From Basidiobolus meristosporus CBS 931.73 (lineage: Eukaryota > Fungi > Basidiobolomycota), in contig MCFE01000013.1 in the NCBI GenBank assembly GCA_002104905.1, positions 62,001 through 126,000 of the forward strand: a stretch of 64,000 nt of DNA. Reading direction: 5' to 3'. Of this stretch, positions 1-15,024 are shown piece after piece. The notes under the pieces were generated by a model. The model searched no databases and was not told the origin of the DNA. It saw only the letters and a program-made list of their open reading frames with translations. How positions within the stretch are numbered: position 1 is the stretch's first letter; each line of letters begins with the position of its first letter. Position numbers and translations under genes: made by a program.

Positions 1-2577
<2,577 letters not shown>

Positions 2578-3912
2578 CTGTACTGTTCGAATTCAACCAA
2601 AGTAGAGAGGAGTTGCCGTTTTAATGATTGTAGGATGTCTGCCTTGAGCTCAAGGGCTATTTAGATTCGAGGTAGAGAACTTGGGTTGTCTTATCACCAG
2701 TCCTGTTGAGAACTTATATTGGCAAAATCCAAGAAAAGTATGACTTAGATGAAGCGCTGTAACCACAATACTTTCTTGACAGCTTCAAAGGTTCTTTTGC
2801 CCTGATGAAAGTATTTGTCAGATATATTACAGCAGTGTGTGTATATGTACGTATATGTTTGTGGTTGATGACGAAAGGAAAACCGCAAAGAGAAAAGCTG
2901 TAAAAAACTCGAGTCAGAGGTGAAAGAGACTAGTGATTTGAAATTCCTGACCGCTTACAAACGACGTTCTCATCTAATGATTCCAGGGGAATTCACAACC
3001 GATAAAAATGATCGATAATTACTCATTCGTATTTGTAATTCTGATGATTAATGTCGGCTAAAAATTGTAAACTGATGAATCATGTGTATCCCAGATCAGA
3101 GTTGTTTTGCGGAAAAAAAGAGAAGATTAAGACGTCACTTAATACTAAATAAATATTTCGATTCTCCATAAAACACCATGAATTTAGTCATCCATCATAA
3201 TCGAGGCTGAAACGGCTAGAAAAACGAAACTTCTTTCGATAATAGATTGTTTCCACATCGTAAACAAGAAGGTTAATCTGGTGCAGATGGTCTAAGTGGT
3301 TTCTGTGACATTGTCACTGCATATTTAAAGAACACCAATCATCCGATCAGCCGGACATTACATAGCTTTTTTGCCCTTCCCAATATGGCTGAAAATGTGT
3401 ACAATTCCGCATGGATTATAAACCAGTCTACAACGAGCTTCTTAACCATGTGCATCAATGTATGCCAAGCAGTGCCTTATTTAAGGTTGGCTTGTGAAGT
3501 GGTGCAATATTGAGCGGTGGTAGAGACTTATTTTTAGTTTGGCACGGGTATATGTTCAGTCGTCGTTTTAAGGAAATTCCTTTTATTGCTGATAAGGGCT
3601 GATGTGCAAGGTGTTTGGTGTGCGAAGTATTACTTGGCATGGCCGGTCTCTCGGACATCATATAGCTTGCAACTTGAACAGCTCTCCATGCAGTTACTGT
3701 GGGGCTTGGCACTACCTCTTTCTGATGCGCGCCTTGACTCTTTCCTTCATTTTATTTCTCTAGAAACGTGATTCATGTATGTTTCAGGGTACATGCTTAA
3801 TATTATGTCATTATCACTCGGGATTACCATATTGGTATGTGATTCTATTTAGGATGTTTGTTGCGTCCGCAATGTCCAAATAGTACTAGTGTTTCCGCTC
3901 TGTAAACTAGAA

Positions 3913-5124
3913 ATGAAGCAGCGGCTCAAACTGACTGACGAGCAAATCTTGAGTTTCCATAGAAATGGATACTTAATAGTGAAGAACTGTTAGCATATAA
4001 TACTTTATATCAAGTTAATCGGATGACTAACATCTAACGCTATCGACAGGTCTATCAGAAGAGGAAATATCCCAATTAACAGAGGAATGTGACACCTTAA
4101 TAAATCATGTCTACTTGGAGCTGGATCTTTTAGAGCACCTTGGCTGCGTCATAGGTATTGGTCTATATTCACAGTGAGAAATAGGAACACTCTGGTAAGA
4201 CTCACGCAATCTGAAAATAGAGCCTTGGAATTGCGGATATTTCGAATCCATTGAAAAGGAATCCTTCAAGTCGAATCCACAAGTCTACAGAAATTTACGA
4301 GCTGAACTTGCGGAAGAAGTGAGTTCGGTAATTTTGGATACGGTTCCTAATATATGCGGACAGTTATTACCCACGCATCAGGTCGACGGAAAACCTAGGC
4401 TTTATCTTGTCGGTGGAGTTCACGTCTATGCCTATATCTCCATTATAAGCTGACCTTTCTCTAGTGTAATGAGCAGTACGTTGTTAAGCCGCCAAACACT
4501 GGTTCCAGTGGTCAATTTGAGTGGCATCAGGTTTGCTTTTTCTAGTACTATTGTATCTGTTCAACTCGCAATAACCGAATACAACCAGGATTCCCAGTAC
4601 ATGCCTGAGGTATGTCGTTCCACACCCTCAGTAACTTGCTGGGCGACCCTAGACAAAGTCAGCGAGGTAACATATCATATTACTTTTTAATTTTGTAACA
4701 TTTATCGACTCCCAGTTGTTGCTTTAAGATCAATGGTACTATATGCGTTGAGCCATACCCGACAGTATGTGGGCCGTGCTCACTTCCTCGTAACGTTACC
4801 GAGTTCGTTGATCATCACCAGCAAAGGGCCTCTTGTTATTCGAAAGAGCCGCCATTTGAAATCTCCTCCCGATGTATTGATGCATCAAAATATCCCGACT
4901 TGGTATTTGTTAATTTAGACCCTGGCAGCATCGTATTCATGAGTGGACAAGTCCGACACTGCAGTATATCAAATAGAACCAACAAATTCAGGAGAATATA
5001 TCTACCGCAATATACTTCACTACCAGTCTGGAAAGCTGAATTCCAGAATATGCAGTTCGATCATGAGGCTGGGGTTATAGAAAATAAACTTTTGGCGTTG
5101 GCGGTTCCATGTGAACTAGAGTAA
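3913..5124 (+). CDS. Phytanoyl-CoA dioxygenase (PhyH)-family Fe(II)/2-oxoglutarate dioxygenase, multi-exon
   Basis: N-terminus MKQRLKLTDEQILSFHRNGYLIVKN is typical of PhyH. Spliced FEWHQ|DSQYM gives the HxD motif, and the distal His is in GSIVFMSGQVRHCS. Confidence 0.85.
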
Positions 5125-5352
5125 CGAGTTCTGCAAGATTAATCATCATATATCGTATATTTTGATCATGATTGGTACAACCCATGGCCTGACAGATTAT
5201 CATCAAGATGCGACTGATTAACACACTTCAGCCTGCAAGAAAGCTTTATGGGCGGAGGAGTGGGTTTCCTTAGTTAGAAGCTGGTGCTACTCGTTTGGTT
5301 TTTAGTTACATCTGATGCACGCTGAACATCTACTCCAAACGTTTAGATGATT

Positions 5353-7403
5353 TCAACAGATCTGTGTGTTATCGTCTAGACTCGAGTCAAACCGAATCGG
5401 ATGACATTCCAGGGTGTCCAGGTTGACAAGGACAATTGTGTGAGTCGAAGAAAAGGCTGGGAGCAAAACAACTCTGGTTACTTGACCCTCAGCTCCTGAA
5501 GAAATTGATCAGTCGTGATTAGCTTCCATATGGAGATGGGAGTTTACCTTGGACCAGTGTAGTTTCAAATTGAGGCTGATTACCAAAGAAGTATACATGA
5601 GGACGGTTATGGATGACGAATGGATCCGTCGCTACATATCAGGGCTTGTTAAACCTGAGCTTCCCTTAAAATATAGCGTATTGGCCAAGTACCTGAGTTT
5701 TCTGGAGGGACTCCAGTGGGATCCATAAGACGCCATCTTAGCGTATGAGTTGCCGCCTGTAGCCGATTATGGATACCGGACATTTGAAGTAAGCCATCCA
5801 ATGTTTGACCAGAGTTCCCCAAAAAGCTAGATTGATTGGACCAGAAGGTTATTCTCTTGGTGTGGCTAGAGATTCGTTGTTTGGAGCTTTACGTGATCCC
5901 ATCAAGCTTGAAATAGTGCGGATTTGTGACGCTATTGAATGTGAAGTATCGCTGGGAACGTTCGAAAAAGGCAAAATGCATTGGTTGTTGAGGGAGTGTA
6001 GCGTTAGCGGGGTCGTGCGCCCCAGGCATCAAATCCACTGATAATGAGTCGCATATTTCTTCCAAAAACATATCAAGTTCTTTAACAGGCTTTCCATTGA
6101 ACATGCTTTGTCCGTGGGTTTTGGTTTTCTGTGACAACATGAATATCTGAATCAGTCTACATTTGGTTCTAGTTGGTGAGGCTATTGAATCTACATTACT
6201 GGCCTGCTTTCAGCGTGCTCTCGTTGTAGTTTAGCTAGTGAATTTCCTGCAAACACTGTTCGGACAATACGCGAGCTAAAATTCTGCTCTTGAACGCTAC
6301 CTAGATGTCCACAAAGGTAGTCTTTCAACATCTCAAGGTTCAGCGAGGATGCCTTATCATCTCCAATATTTAATCCGGACACCAGTGCAATATACTTGGG
6401 CTCTTGAAAACGAAGTTGTGAATCTTTGATCAAATCAATGGAAAGAACAGGCTGGGAGTTGTACCCTGAGATCGTTGTGCTATAAACGGCTCCTGAATTG
6501 AGAATTTTGGTAGACATATGTCTATTACCTCCATCTCGCCGGCGATCTTTTGAGTTCCCAATACGCCAATCACAACACCTTGGTATATAAAGTGTTAAAG
6601 CAGCACTAGAGAAAAACGTTTCATCTATTTCTTCACCTGATACAAGAGTCAACCCCTTCAGTATATCTCCTGTGAGACCCAACTGTCCAGATTCATCCTC
6701 AATGAAAATCTGAAGATCATCATGGCATTCATATCGCGGAGGGGGTGCTACTATCCAGTGCTAACATAGAAGAAAAGTTGCAAAGTGTACTGTGAGTATG
6801 GTATATATGAAGTATGTACCTCTTTTGTGAAAGCACTCAAAGCTTCAGCACTCAGCGGCCGGTCGACGTAAACTATCCCAACAAGGTAGCACAGCTCGCC
6901 ACAAACTGTGTTTTCAATTCTCTCCATAAGGCTCGGCGTTAAGTCACCTATGGTGTTTTCCCTTGAGCAATCGAAACTACGAAACGAACTGGTGCATACA
7001 AACCAACCACTTAGATTGCCCCACTTCTGATGGGCCTTTTCAACTATTTCGGGCCGTAATATTCTCAACCGATCAGCAAAAGGAGTGAGCGAAATTGCTT
7101 CGACTGTATTCTCAGTGGCTTGTCCGGCAAAGGGAACTTCTGAAGGTGCATTCTCATCTATGATGAAATTTTTCCGTAAATCCCACATTTCTTCGTGATG
7201 GGCGCTTTTTCGAAGTATAGGAGCGGTGGTGTCGGCATTCCCGATCGAAAGCAGCGATTCAACTGGACTATATCAAGTGTCCCAAAAGCCAGTATTAGGT
7301 GTCAACTCTATACAGGTCGAATTCGCACTTACCCTTGAAAACCACAGCTACTGGCATCTTCAATATTTTGCAGGATTCTCTTACTTGAGACTGGTGTCTC
7401 CAT
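5353..7403 (-). CDS. POL31: DNA polymerase delta small subunit (Pol31/POLD2), multi-exon
   Basis: Motifs RLRILRP, GELCYLVGIVY, IALVSGLNIG, RTVFAGNSL, DLMPGAHDPANATLPQQPMH, NSVTNPH and C-terminal IVLVNLDTLEC. Confidence 0.93.
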
Positions 7404-7840
7404 ATTATTTAAAGTGAGCCATTAACCGATTTTTATGGGCATTATCTGGCAGCACTTGATAAAGCGCACATTTCTTCTTATTGGCTCGATGCTAGTCAAG
7501 TTCTAAATACCCAACTTGACTCAATGTCTCATAAGCATAAGCACTTGTGAACCGGTAATGCGCCTCTACTCACATCGCCATGTATTCTCCAAAGGAGGTT
7601 GATGATACCAAACATACGCGTGTGGTATCTCCTACCGTTTTCATATAATCCAACGATCTTGGTATGAATGGTTACAAGTTACGGCAAATATATGCTTTAT
7701 TTTTGATACATGTTCAAGAGATTATTGAGAATTCAGACGGAAAATAAATCTTTATGGTGTACAAAGTCATGGGATATATGGAAAAGACTGATTGAAAAAG
7801 ACAAAAAAAGGGTTGGCTAAACGAATTTAAGGTGAACGAT

Positions 7841-10800
7841 CTATACATTAATACTACGTGCAACGGAATCAAACAAGCTCTCGATATCTGGTGCACAGCG
7901 GGTGAAGGAATGGCTCCAGAAGTTGTAGCGCGGATTCTTGATTAACTCGATGAAAGTAATCAATAGGCCCCAAGGATGTGGTCGGTTGACGATCAAACGC
8001 TCCAAGAGAACTCGAGTGACTTGCTCCTTGATCGACTCTTGGCTACCCTCCGCGAATAAATAAAGTAAGACGCAGCTGAAATAATGAGTGTGGTTGTTGG
8101 GATAGCGAAGTTGGTTGGCGATGGCACTTAAGAATAGATAGCGCCCTTCCGAGTCAAGATCAATTAGGAGCTGTTGGAAAATATCCATCGGGGCACTATG
8201 CGTAATCGGTGACGTTCCTTGATGAGTCTTGTTTTGTAGTTGTGCTATGGCTTGTGTACCAACATATAGCACCAATGAGTTGATTACTGGTACGTTGTAT
8301 TTGGGACCAGTATGTTCCTTCTCCTCATTTGGTTCGGCCATCAGTCTGCTGCGTAGGTCAAGCAAGAAGGACACTGGCCCACGAGTCTTCAAATAGGTGT
8401 CGATGTCTTGCTTGAAGTCTCCAGCTAACAAACTTGATGAATAGTCCGAGAGAACATGTGGAGATTGACTAATTTCGGGTAGAAGATCGACCTTCAGGTT
8501 TGGTGTGAATGGGTCTGGCAGACGCATATTTCGAGGGAATGCGCTCAAGATCACATTTCGGGTTTGGATGCATGTGGGAGGAATCACATCGCAGAAGCTG
8601 AAGTGATAGTCACATAAGAATTCAGGGAAATCGTGAAGAAGCACCAGCAATACTCTCATGGTTCCCTTGTATAGAGCACGGGTGCTTTCGCGATCGAAAT
8701 CCTCAAGGAGTGGTCCAATAAACTTGAAAAGGCAGATCATTAGGCGTTGAATAGCCGGCCAGCCCTTCTGGTTCTCGGCCAACAGCAACTTGGGCATAAA
8801 CAAGCGATGAGATATAAGGGAGATCCAGGCAAAAGCAAATCCAGGCAGGAACGAGGGCTGCAGGCTGTGGAAGGTATTGGCAAGAGCGGTCAAGATATTG
8901 TAGTAGATTGGCTGCAGTTGCTGTTCATACGAATTGAAATCACTCAAAAGGTTGGTGAACAATCTGAGGTAGGGCTTTTGGTTGAACTGTCCCTTATGTT
9001 GCTGATGATCGTGAACCAAAACCAAGAGAATGATGCTCAAAATCTTGGATAGGAAGGTAATCTTGGCAAGGTTAGGATTGACTGGTGTAAGCTCGTTGTA
9101 GTATTTGACAAGGACCACGATTAGCTTAGAGAATGCATCAACACCTTGATAGGCGGCAGCAGGAATTGGCCCATTACCACTCACGGAATTACTGTACTTC
9201 AAAAAACCTTCAACACTGATTTCGGTACAAACACGGAAGAATAGCGACGAAACATCCTCATCCTTCAATACACCTCGTTGTTGAAGTTGATGCGCAAAGG
9301 TGGCAAACGCCTTTTCGTTCGAGGAAACATGTTGGTACAACTTGACCCATTCGATGAACATGAATGTAAGCTGTTCCCGAAGCTGAGCGATTTCGGTATC
9401 TTGAGGGGTGGTGGTTCCTTGCTTGTGGATCTCCTCAAGAAGTTCGATGACCGAGCTGGGGCTTTTTCCTCTCTGTGTGAGGCGTGTAAGGGCATCTAGT
9501 GATGCACTGAAATCCATATGAGTGGCACAGGAATCGTCCAAGACACATTTAGCTATCAGCTTCACGGCAAATTCGATCACAGATGGTCGACCAACATCAA
9601 TCAATTTGGCCAGTTGTGCATCTTGCTCAGGAAGATTTATCAGCCCAACCTTGATCAGTGCAACAGTGACTGGGACATTGTATTTTCTTTCGTCGTCAGC
9701 ATAAATCAACCAGGCTGTTACTTCTTTGGCGACGGAAGGCGACAAATCGCACAGTCTTTCCAAGAGGTGAACATACACCTCGCGAGCAAGATTTGTATCG
9801 CCCTTGTAAAGAGATTGCACAACCTTTTGGGAGAATGTCAATGCGGTCTCATCACGGTTGTTCGAATGCGAAGCAAGTGCTTGAATTTGATGAACAATCA
9901 CGCGAATATCATGCTGTTGAGGGATGGCGGCCAATCCGTTGACTGTACATTGTCCAAGCTGCTTATCGAGTTCATTTACCAACAAAGAAAACTTCTCCAA
10001 TGCCTGATGCGCGCTAATAGTCGGTGGAGCGCTCTCGTATCCCACGTCATAGCCATAGGCATCTCCTTTGACTGGCATAGCAGTACGAAGACTTCTTTCG
10101 TCGTAAACGTTGGCCAGTTGACTCTGGAAACGCGGAATTCGAGCGAAATCTTCGTAGACCACCAATTGTTGAGGTAGCAGTCCGTTGGGCTTAAGTCGAA
10201 GTGCATCAGGCAGATTTGGCGGGTAGCGGAAAGTGGAGACCACGGCAGCATCGTAGAAAGGCTGTCCAGTGCGGAATTCCCTATGTTTCTTTCTGCTAGC
10301 GTAAGAATTTGCAAGGCCTTCGTCGATTTGAAGAATAGCCACTTCCATAGCAACCTTTTCGACAACAGAGCTTGCTAGATCAAGATTGTCCGTGACGGTG
10401 ATGGATAACGCCTGATCCGGAAAGGCTTGTTCAGAAACCCCATTCTGCAACAGCATGCTGCGCAGATGAGTGGCAATCCCACTGCGTAAATTATCTTTAC
10501 TGGCAGCAACTGCCAAACTAGCTGCTAGGTTCTGAACCATTAGATGAGCAGCCTTGCGCATCTTCTCCTCATTTGGCTCCATTGCAAAGTCCTTGGTGAT
10601 CAGCTCTTGGGTAGTAAATCTGGCAATCTTGACAGATCTTTCCACCGTAGAACCAACAGTTTCCCGCAATGCTTGATCCATAGCAATATGCACCACTCTC
10701 TTCAACACAGCCTGGTTAAGGGGTAAGTTGGGGTTGACCGAGATGTAAGGTGCAATGGTAGGTATGATAGCCCCCAGTGCATCGTCCGCTATTGCGAGAA

Positions 10801-13800
10801 TCCTTTGAGAGTTACTCTGCTGAGCCTGGCCAAGCATTTGATGATGGGTGGGAGCACGCGAAGAGGTGTCATAATCTATCGAGAGTTTTTCCATTTCCTT
10901 GACCACGTTGGACTGAGAGACGAAATCTTTGGGTGGTCGATCCTTGAGGATCGTAGTGGGCTCGATGTCCTTGATGTCAAGATTCAAGCTCTTGCACAAG
11001 ACTTCGATTTCAAACTTCAAATTCAACTTGAGATCAGCAAATTGGTAAAGCTCAACCAGTAGCCTCATGATAGCAATAAGCCAGGGGTTCGGTGGCTTAA
11101 ATACGCGACTCTTGCCGCATTGCTCCAACACCTTACAAACAAATGGAATGGCGACTATGAGTCGATTGGAATCATAACCTTCAACAAGCAACTCCTTGAA
11201 AGCAATGTTTTTGTGCTTGATCGGCTTGTTCCGAGCAAGAGTCATGCCACCAAGCCATGATCCTAAATTCTTCAGCAACGATCTCTCAGAGGAAGATTGA
11301 ACGGTCTTTTCCGAATTTAGGAGCACCTTGATGTTGGCGAAAGTTTCATGGAGCAGATACCGATATAGGAGGTCGCTGTTCAAAGAGTCTAGGAATTGGA
11401 GGTAGAGCTGATGGTTGTTAGGCTCAATACTGGCACGCTTGACGACCAGGTAATGACCAAACCAACGGAAGGCAGACTCCTTCAGAACATCCTTCATTTC
11501 TTGAACCTTGGTTTCCATGTTGCTATGAGCAACATTGTTGATGATAAACAGTATCTTGTCTTGAACAGATTCAGGCGGAACTTCATTATCACTACCGTCA
11601 CCTGAAACGAACAAGGGATCGAGATTCAGTGAGGTAAACGCAGGCAATGCTTCATTTTTCGATGGTTCCGGGGCACTGTTAACTTGCGGCTTGTCGGAAA
11701 GCGGTTGCTCAACAACTGCATTAGTTCCAGCAACTGGAGGTAGAGCAGTGCTCGGTACTTGTCCTAGGTTTGCCTTGATGTATTGCATAATCTCAGGGTG
11801 GGCTTGCTGCAACTTGGGAATCTGCAATAAATGGGAGCAGTACTGAGGCCATTCGATGAGTCGTGCTTTGAATTGTACCAAAGCTTGAACACCAAAATTA
11901 AACATCTTGACACTGCTTTCATCGCATAACGCATCCAAGACACACTTGAGTGCTACTCCTAATGGAATATAGGACACAAGCTGGTGCTGAATTAAGCTAC
12001 CAATCAGGTTACTGGTAATGGACAGCTCCTTGGGGGGATACTTGGGGAAGAACTTGAACTCATCAAACAGGTTATGCATCATACAATCAAAGACGTCCCT
12101 CTCTCTTGAAATTCTGGAATTTTTCAAGCGATGTAGAAGCTCTATCATACTCTCAACTGACAGCTCCTCCTTGTATATCTTTTCGTAATACATGTTGGCC
12201 TCTTCCTCAACGTCCGGAGAAAAGCTTACTTCACCTGAAGTAGTGGTTGGATTGGAGTTGTTTCCCATGCTAGCAAGCTCAGGGTGCTTCTTAAAGCAGA
12301 GTGTCTGCAGCTCTTTGAACTTTTCAGACGTATCGGCTGACGTAGCACTAGCTCCAATAACTTTCAGAAAGATACTGATCACCTCCAAAGACAACGGGAC
12401 GGTTTGTGTAGCCCCATTACCTGCTTGTTCGTTGTAACCCATCTTTTGGGTTAGGAACTCAAAGCATACTCTCAGAAAAGGCTCGCCATGAGTTGCGATT
12501 GAGTCTTGAAGCCACTTCTCGAGGTTAAGATACTCTCTTCTACAAGCCAGTGCAGCAAGATCAATGGCAAAGAAGAAGGGCTGAACTTCAAGCATCGATT
12601 TCAGTATTTTGATATCTTGAGCAACGTCGAGGATACGAGAAATTAGAGTCGGGTTACTGTGATACATGTCCAGGGCTGCGTGGATCAGCAAAGAGTTGTT
12701 GATATTCCAAAGTCGCCACAAGACAAAATTGGAATTCATATGTCCCGTCAAGAATGCAGCTACTAGCTTTGTAACAAGCTCTTGGTGCAGTGGATTCCAT
12801 GGCTCCGGAAGCTGTGCTAATCCAAGAAGAAGTAGCTCGGGGGTTTGCTTAGTTCCTCGTTCGAATAGGGACTTGACCTCTTCCCCAACCTCGGTTTCAT
12901 ACATGAATATCAAATTCTGGATGAGATCCAAATTATTCCAGGGCTGCGTAACCAAATTGGATGCGATATTGGCAAATTGTGGATTTGTTGACGCAACATC
13001 TTCTGGATCAACAATTTTTTTGGTAGCCAACTCTGCGATATCAATTACCTCGATGGGCGCTTGAATCGCTTGTCTCAAGAAACTGAGCTGCCCCTTGGTA
13101 TTGTTCCAGCGATGCCATAGTACATCCAAAGGAAATGGACTACTACCCTTGACTGCTGATTTATACGCCGAAGTGATGACCGAAAGACCGGCTACGCTTG
13201 GAACATAGAAACCATCATGGTCAAGCTGTTGAATAACCACAAGCCAGTCAGTGTTGGGCTGTAGGTCCATGAGCACGGTGATAAAGCCCTCGATGTTCCA
13301 TTGGCATTCAACATCATCATTATCCTCCGTAGTGGGTAGACCTTGAGCGGTATACGCCGCCATAGCACCCAATGCTTTAGCGATATCAGCCTCGCTGATG
13401 ATATTTGTGGTCGCGGTGGCTTCTAAGCCTACCTCTTTGAAGAGTGCACCAATTTCATTAGTGTCCTTGCAACACGAAGGTCCCAAATCTTTGATCTTCT
13501 GGGCTAGGGCGGAATGTTTTTCTTGAGAGCTACAGTGGTTCAGGTGAATAACTGAATGAAAAATAGTATATCTTGGATATAGTTACTTTGTGTCTGACAT
13601 GTTAGCTATAATGATATCGTGTTCCAAGCACGCTTGCGTTATCTCGTCCAAAGTGGTACGATTTAAGGAGTATTTTGGATTGATTTGGGTGAAGTAATGA
13701 AATACGAGTTTCAGTGAATTTTCCGATCCTTTGATTTCCGAAGGATTTAACTGGTTTAAACCGTCTATTTGCTTTTGAATATAGGCGCTTTCTGAAAAGA

Positions 13801-14385
13801 AATTTGAGTAAAAGCACATCTAGCAATAGGCATGAATAACTAACTTGTCTCGCTTGAGGTCTTGGTTGAGGATTCAAGGGCTAGGGAAAAGGCGGCCGAC
13901 TGAATAGGGTTAAGTTGAAGTTTGCGGGAAAGTGATTCGATATCAAGCGTGACAGTGGCAGGAATGCTATACACAGCTTCAAATAAAGTACCAACAAGAG
14001 TGGGTGATTCTAGTACAGATGAAAGCTGTTCACTAAGGAGCTTGAGGTGAGTCGATTCCTTATTATTAATAGAGTCTGTTTCGTTCTGGCTTTGCTGCAA
14101 CTGCACGAATAGATCTTGAAAAAGGTATACGTAGATATCTCTTCCAAAGGAGTTAAAATACTGGTTCAAGAGTATATGAGTAAGGACCGAGTCGACTCTT
14201 TCAAAGGACCAAAGCTTCAAACTTACCAAAGAGAGCTCTGCAAAGACTTGATTATAGTTACTGGTGTCGAGCAAGGAAAGCAGGTATTGTATACGTGATC
14301 TAACTGGTTGGAGTAGCTCACTTGAGTGATTAAAAGGGTGGGATGTTTTAGAAGATTGACTAGATTGTGAAAGCTCAAATAGCAT
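7841..14385 (-). CDS. NOT1: CCR4-NOT complex scaffold subunit Not1; short 5' exons plus one exon of about 5.6 kb
   Basis: 1881-aa ORF with DKILFIINN, RSLLKNLGSW, LKFEIEVLCK, RNVILSAFPRNMRLPDPFTPNLKVDLLPEI and RPHPWGLLITFIELIKN. 5' exons lie in 13500-14385. Confidence 0.98.
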
Positions 14386-15024
14386 GCTGCGATTGCATTA
14401 AGCAATCCAAACGTTGAATATATATATTTGAGGTTGGTAAGTTAACACAAGGTAGTTTCTTCGTTTTGATCTGACTACTTTCAGCAAGAACTAGCAGACA
14501 GTCTACTTGAAAAGGCACTATACCAAGTGAAACTAACAAGTGCTGAATGCAAGATCGCGCACGAGGTGAAATCGAGTGTAGGTTGTGGAAGATGTGGATG
14601 GAAGCGTGAACTTCGATTGAGCTATGGAGAGCGTTTACTGTTTGTCAAGATGACTGAAGTGAAGGCAACACCATAAATTAGCAGAAGATGACGAAACAAG
14701 AGAATTCTAATATCATAGAACTTCATGCAGCGTGTTTACCCGGGGTAGACTACCCCCCAGAAAAATCGATTTATAGACAATGTGTTTTTGTTGCTATTTT
14801 TGAGAATATTTTGGAATAGACTAGTGTTTTTTTCTAATCATCATAACTATCTGATAATCTACAAACACTAAATATCCTTTATCACGTATTGCCTTCGCCT
14901 AGTTGTTATGCTGTCCATGAATGAACATCTGATTATTATGCAACTGAAATTATTTATGTACATTTCTAAACCATAATTTAAAAAATGGCCTTATATGATG
15001 ACCCTCAAATATACAGTTTGGCAA

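Noticed and set aside
14743-14757. Perfect inverted repeat GGGGTAG-A-CTACCCC upstream of NOT1
   Set aside because: Only a 7-bp stem with a 1-nt loop, single occurrence, expected by chance.
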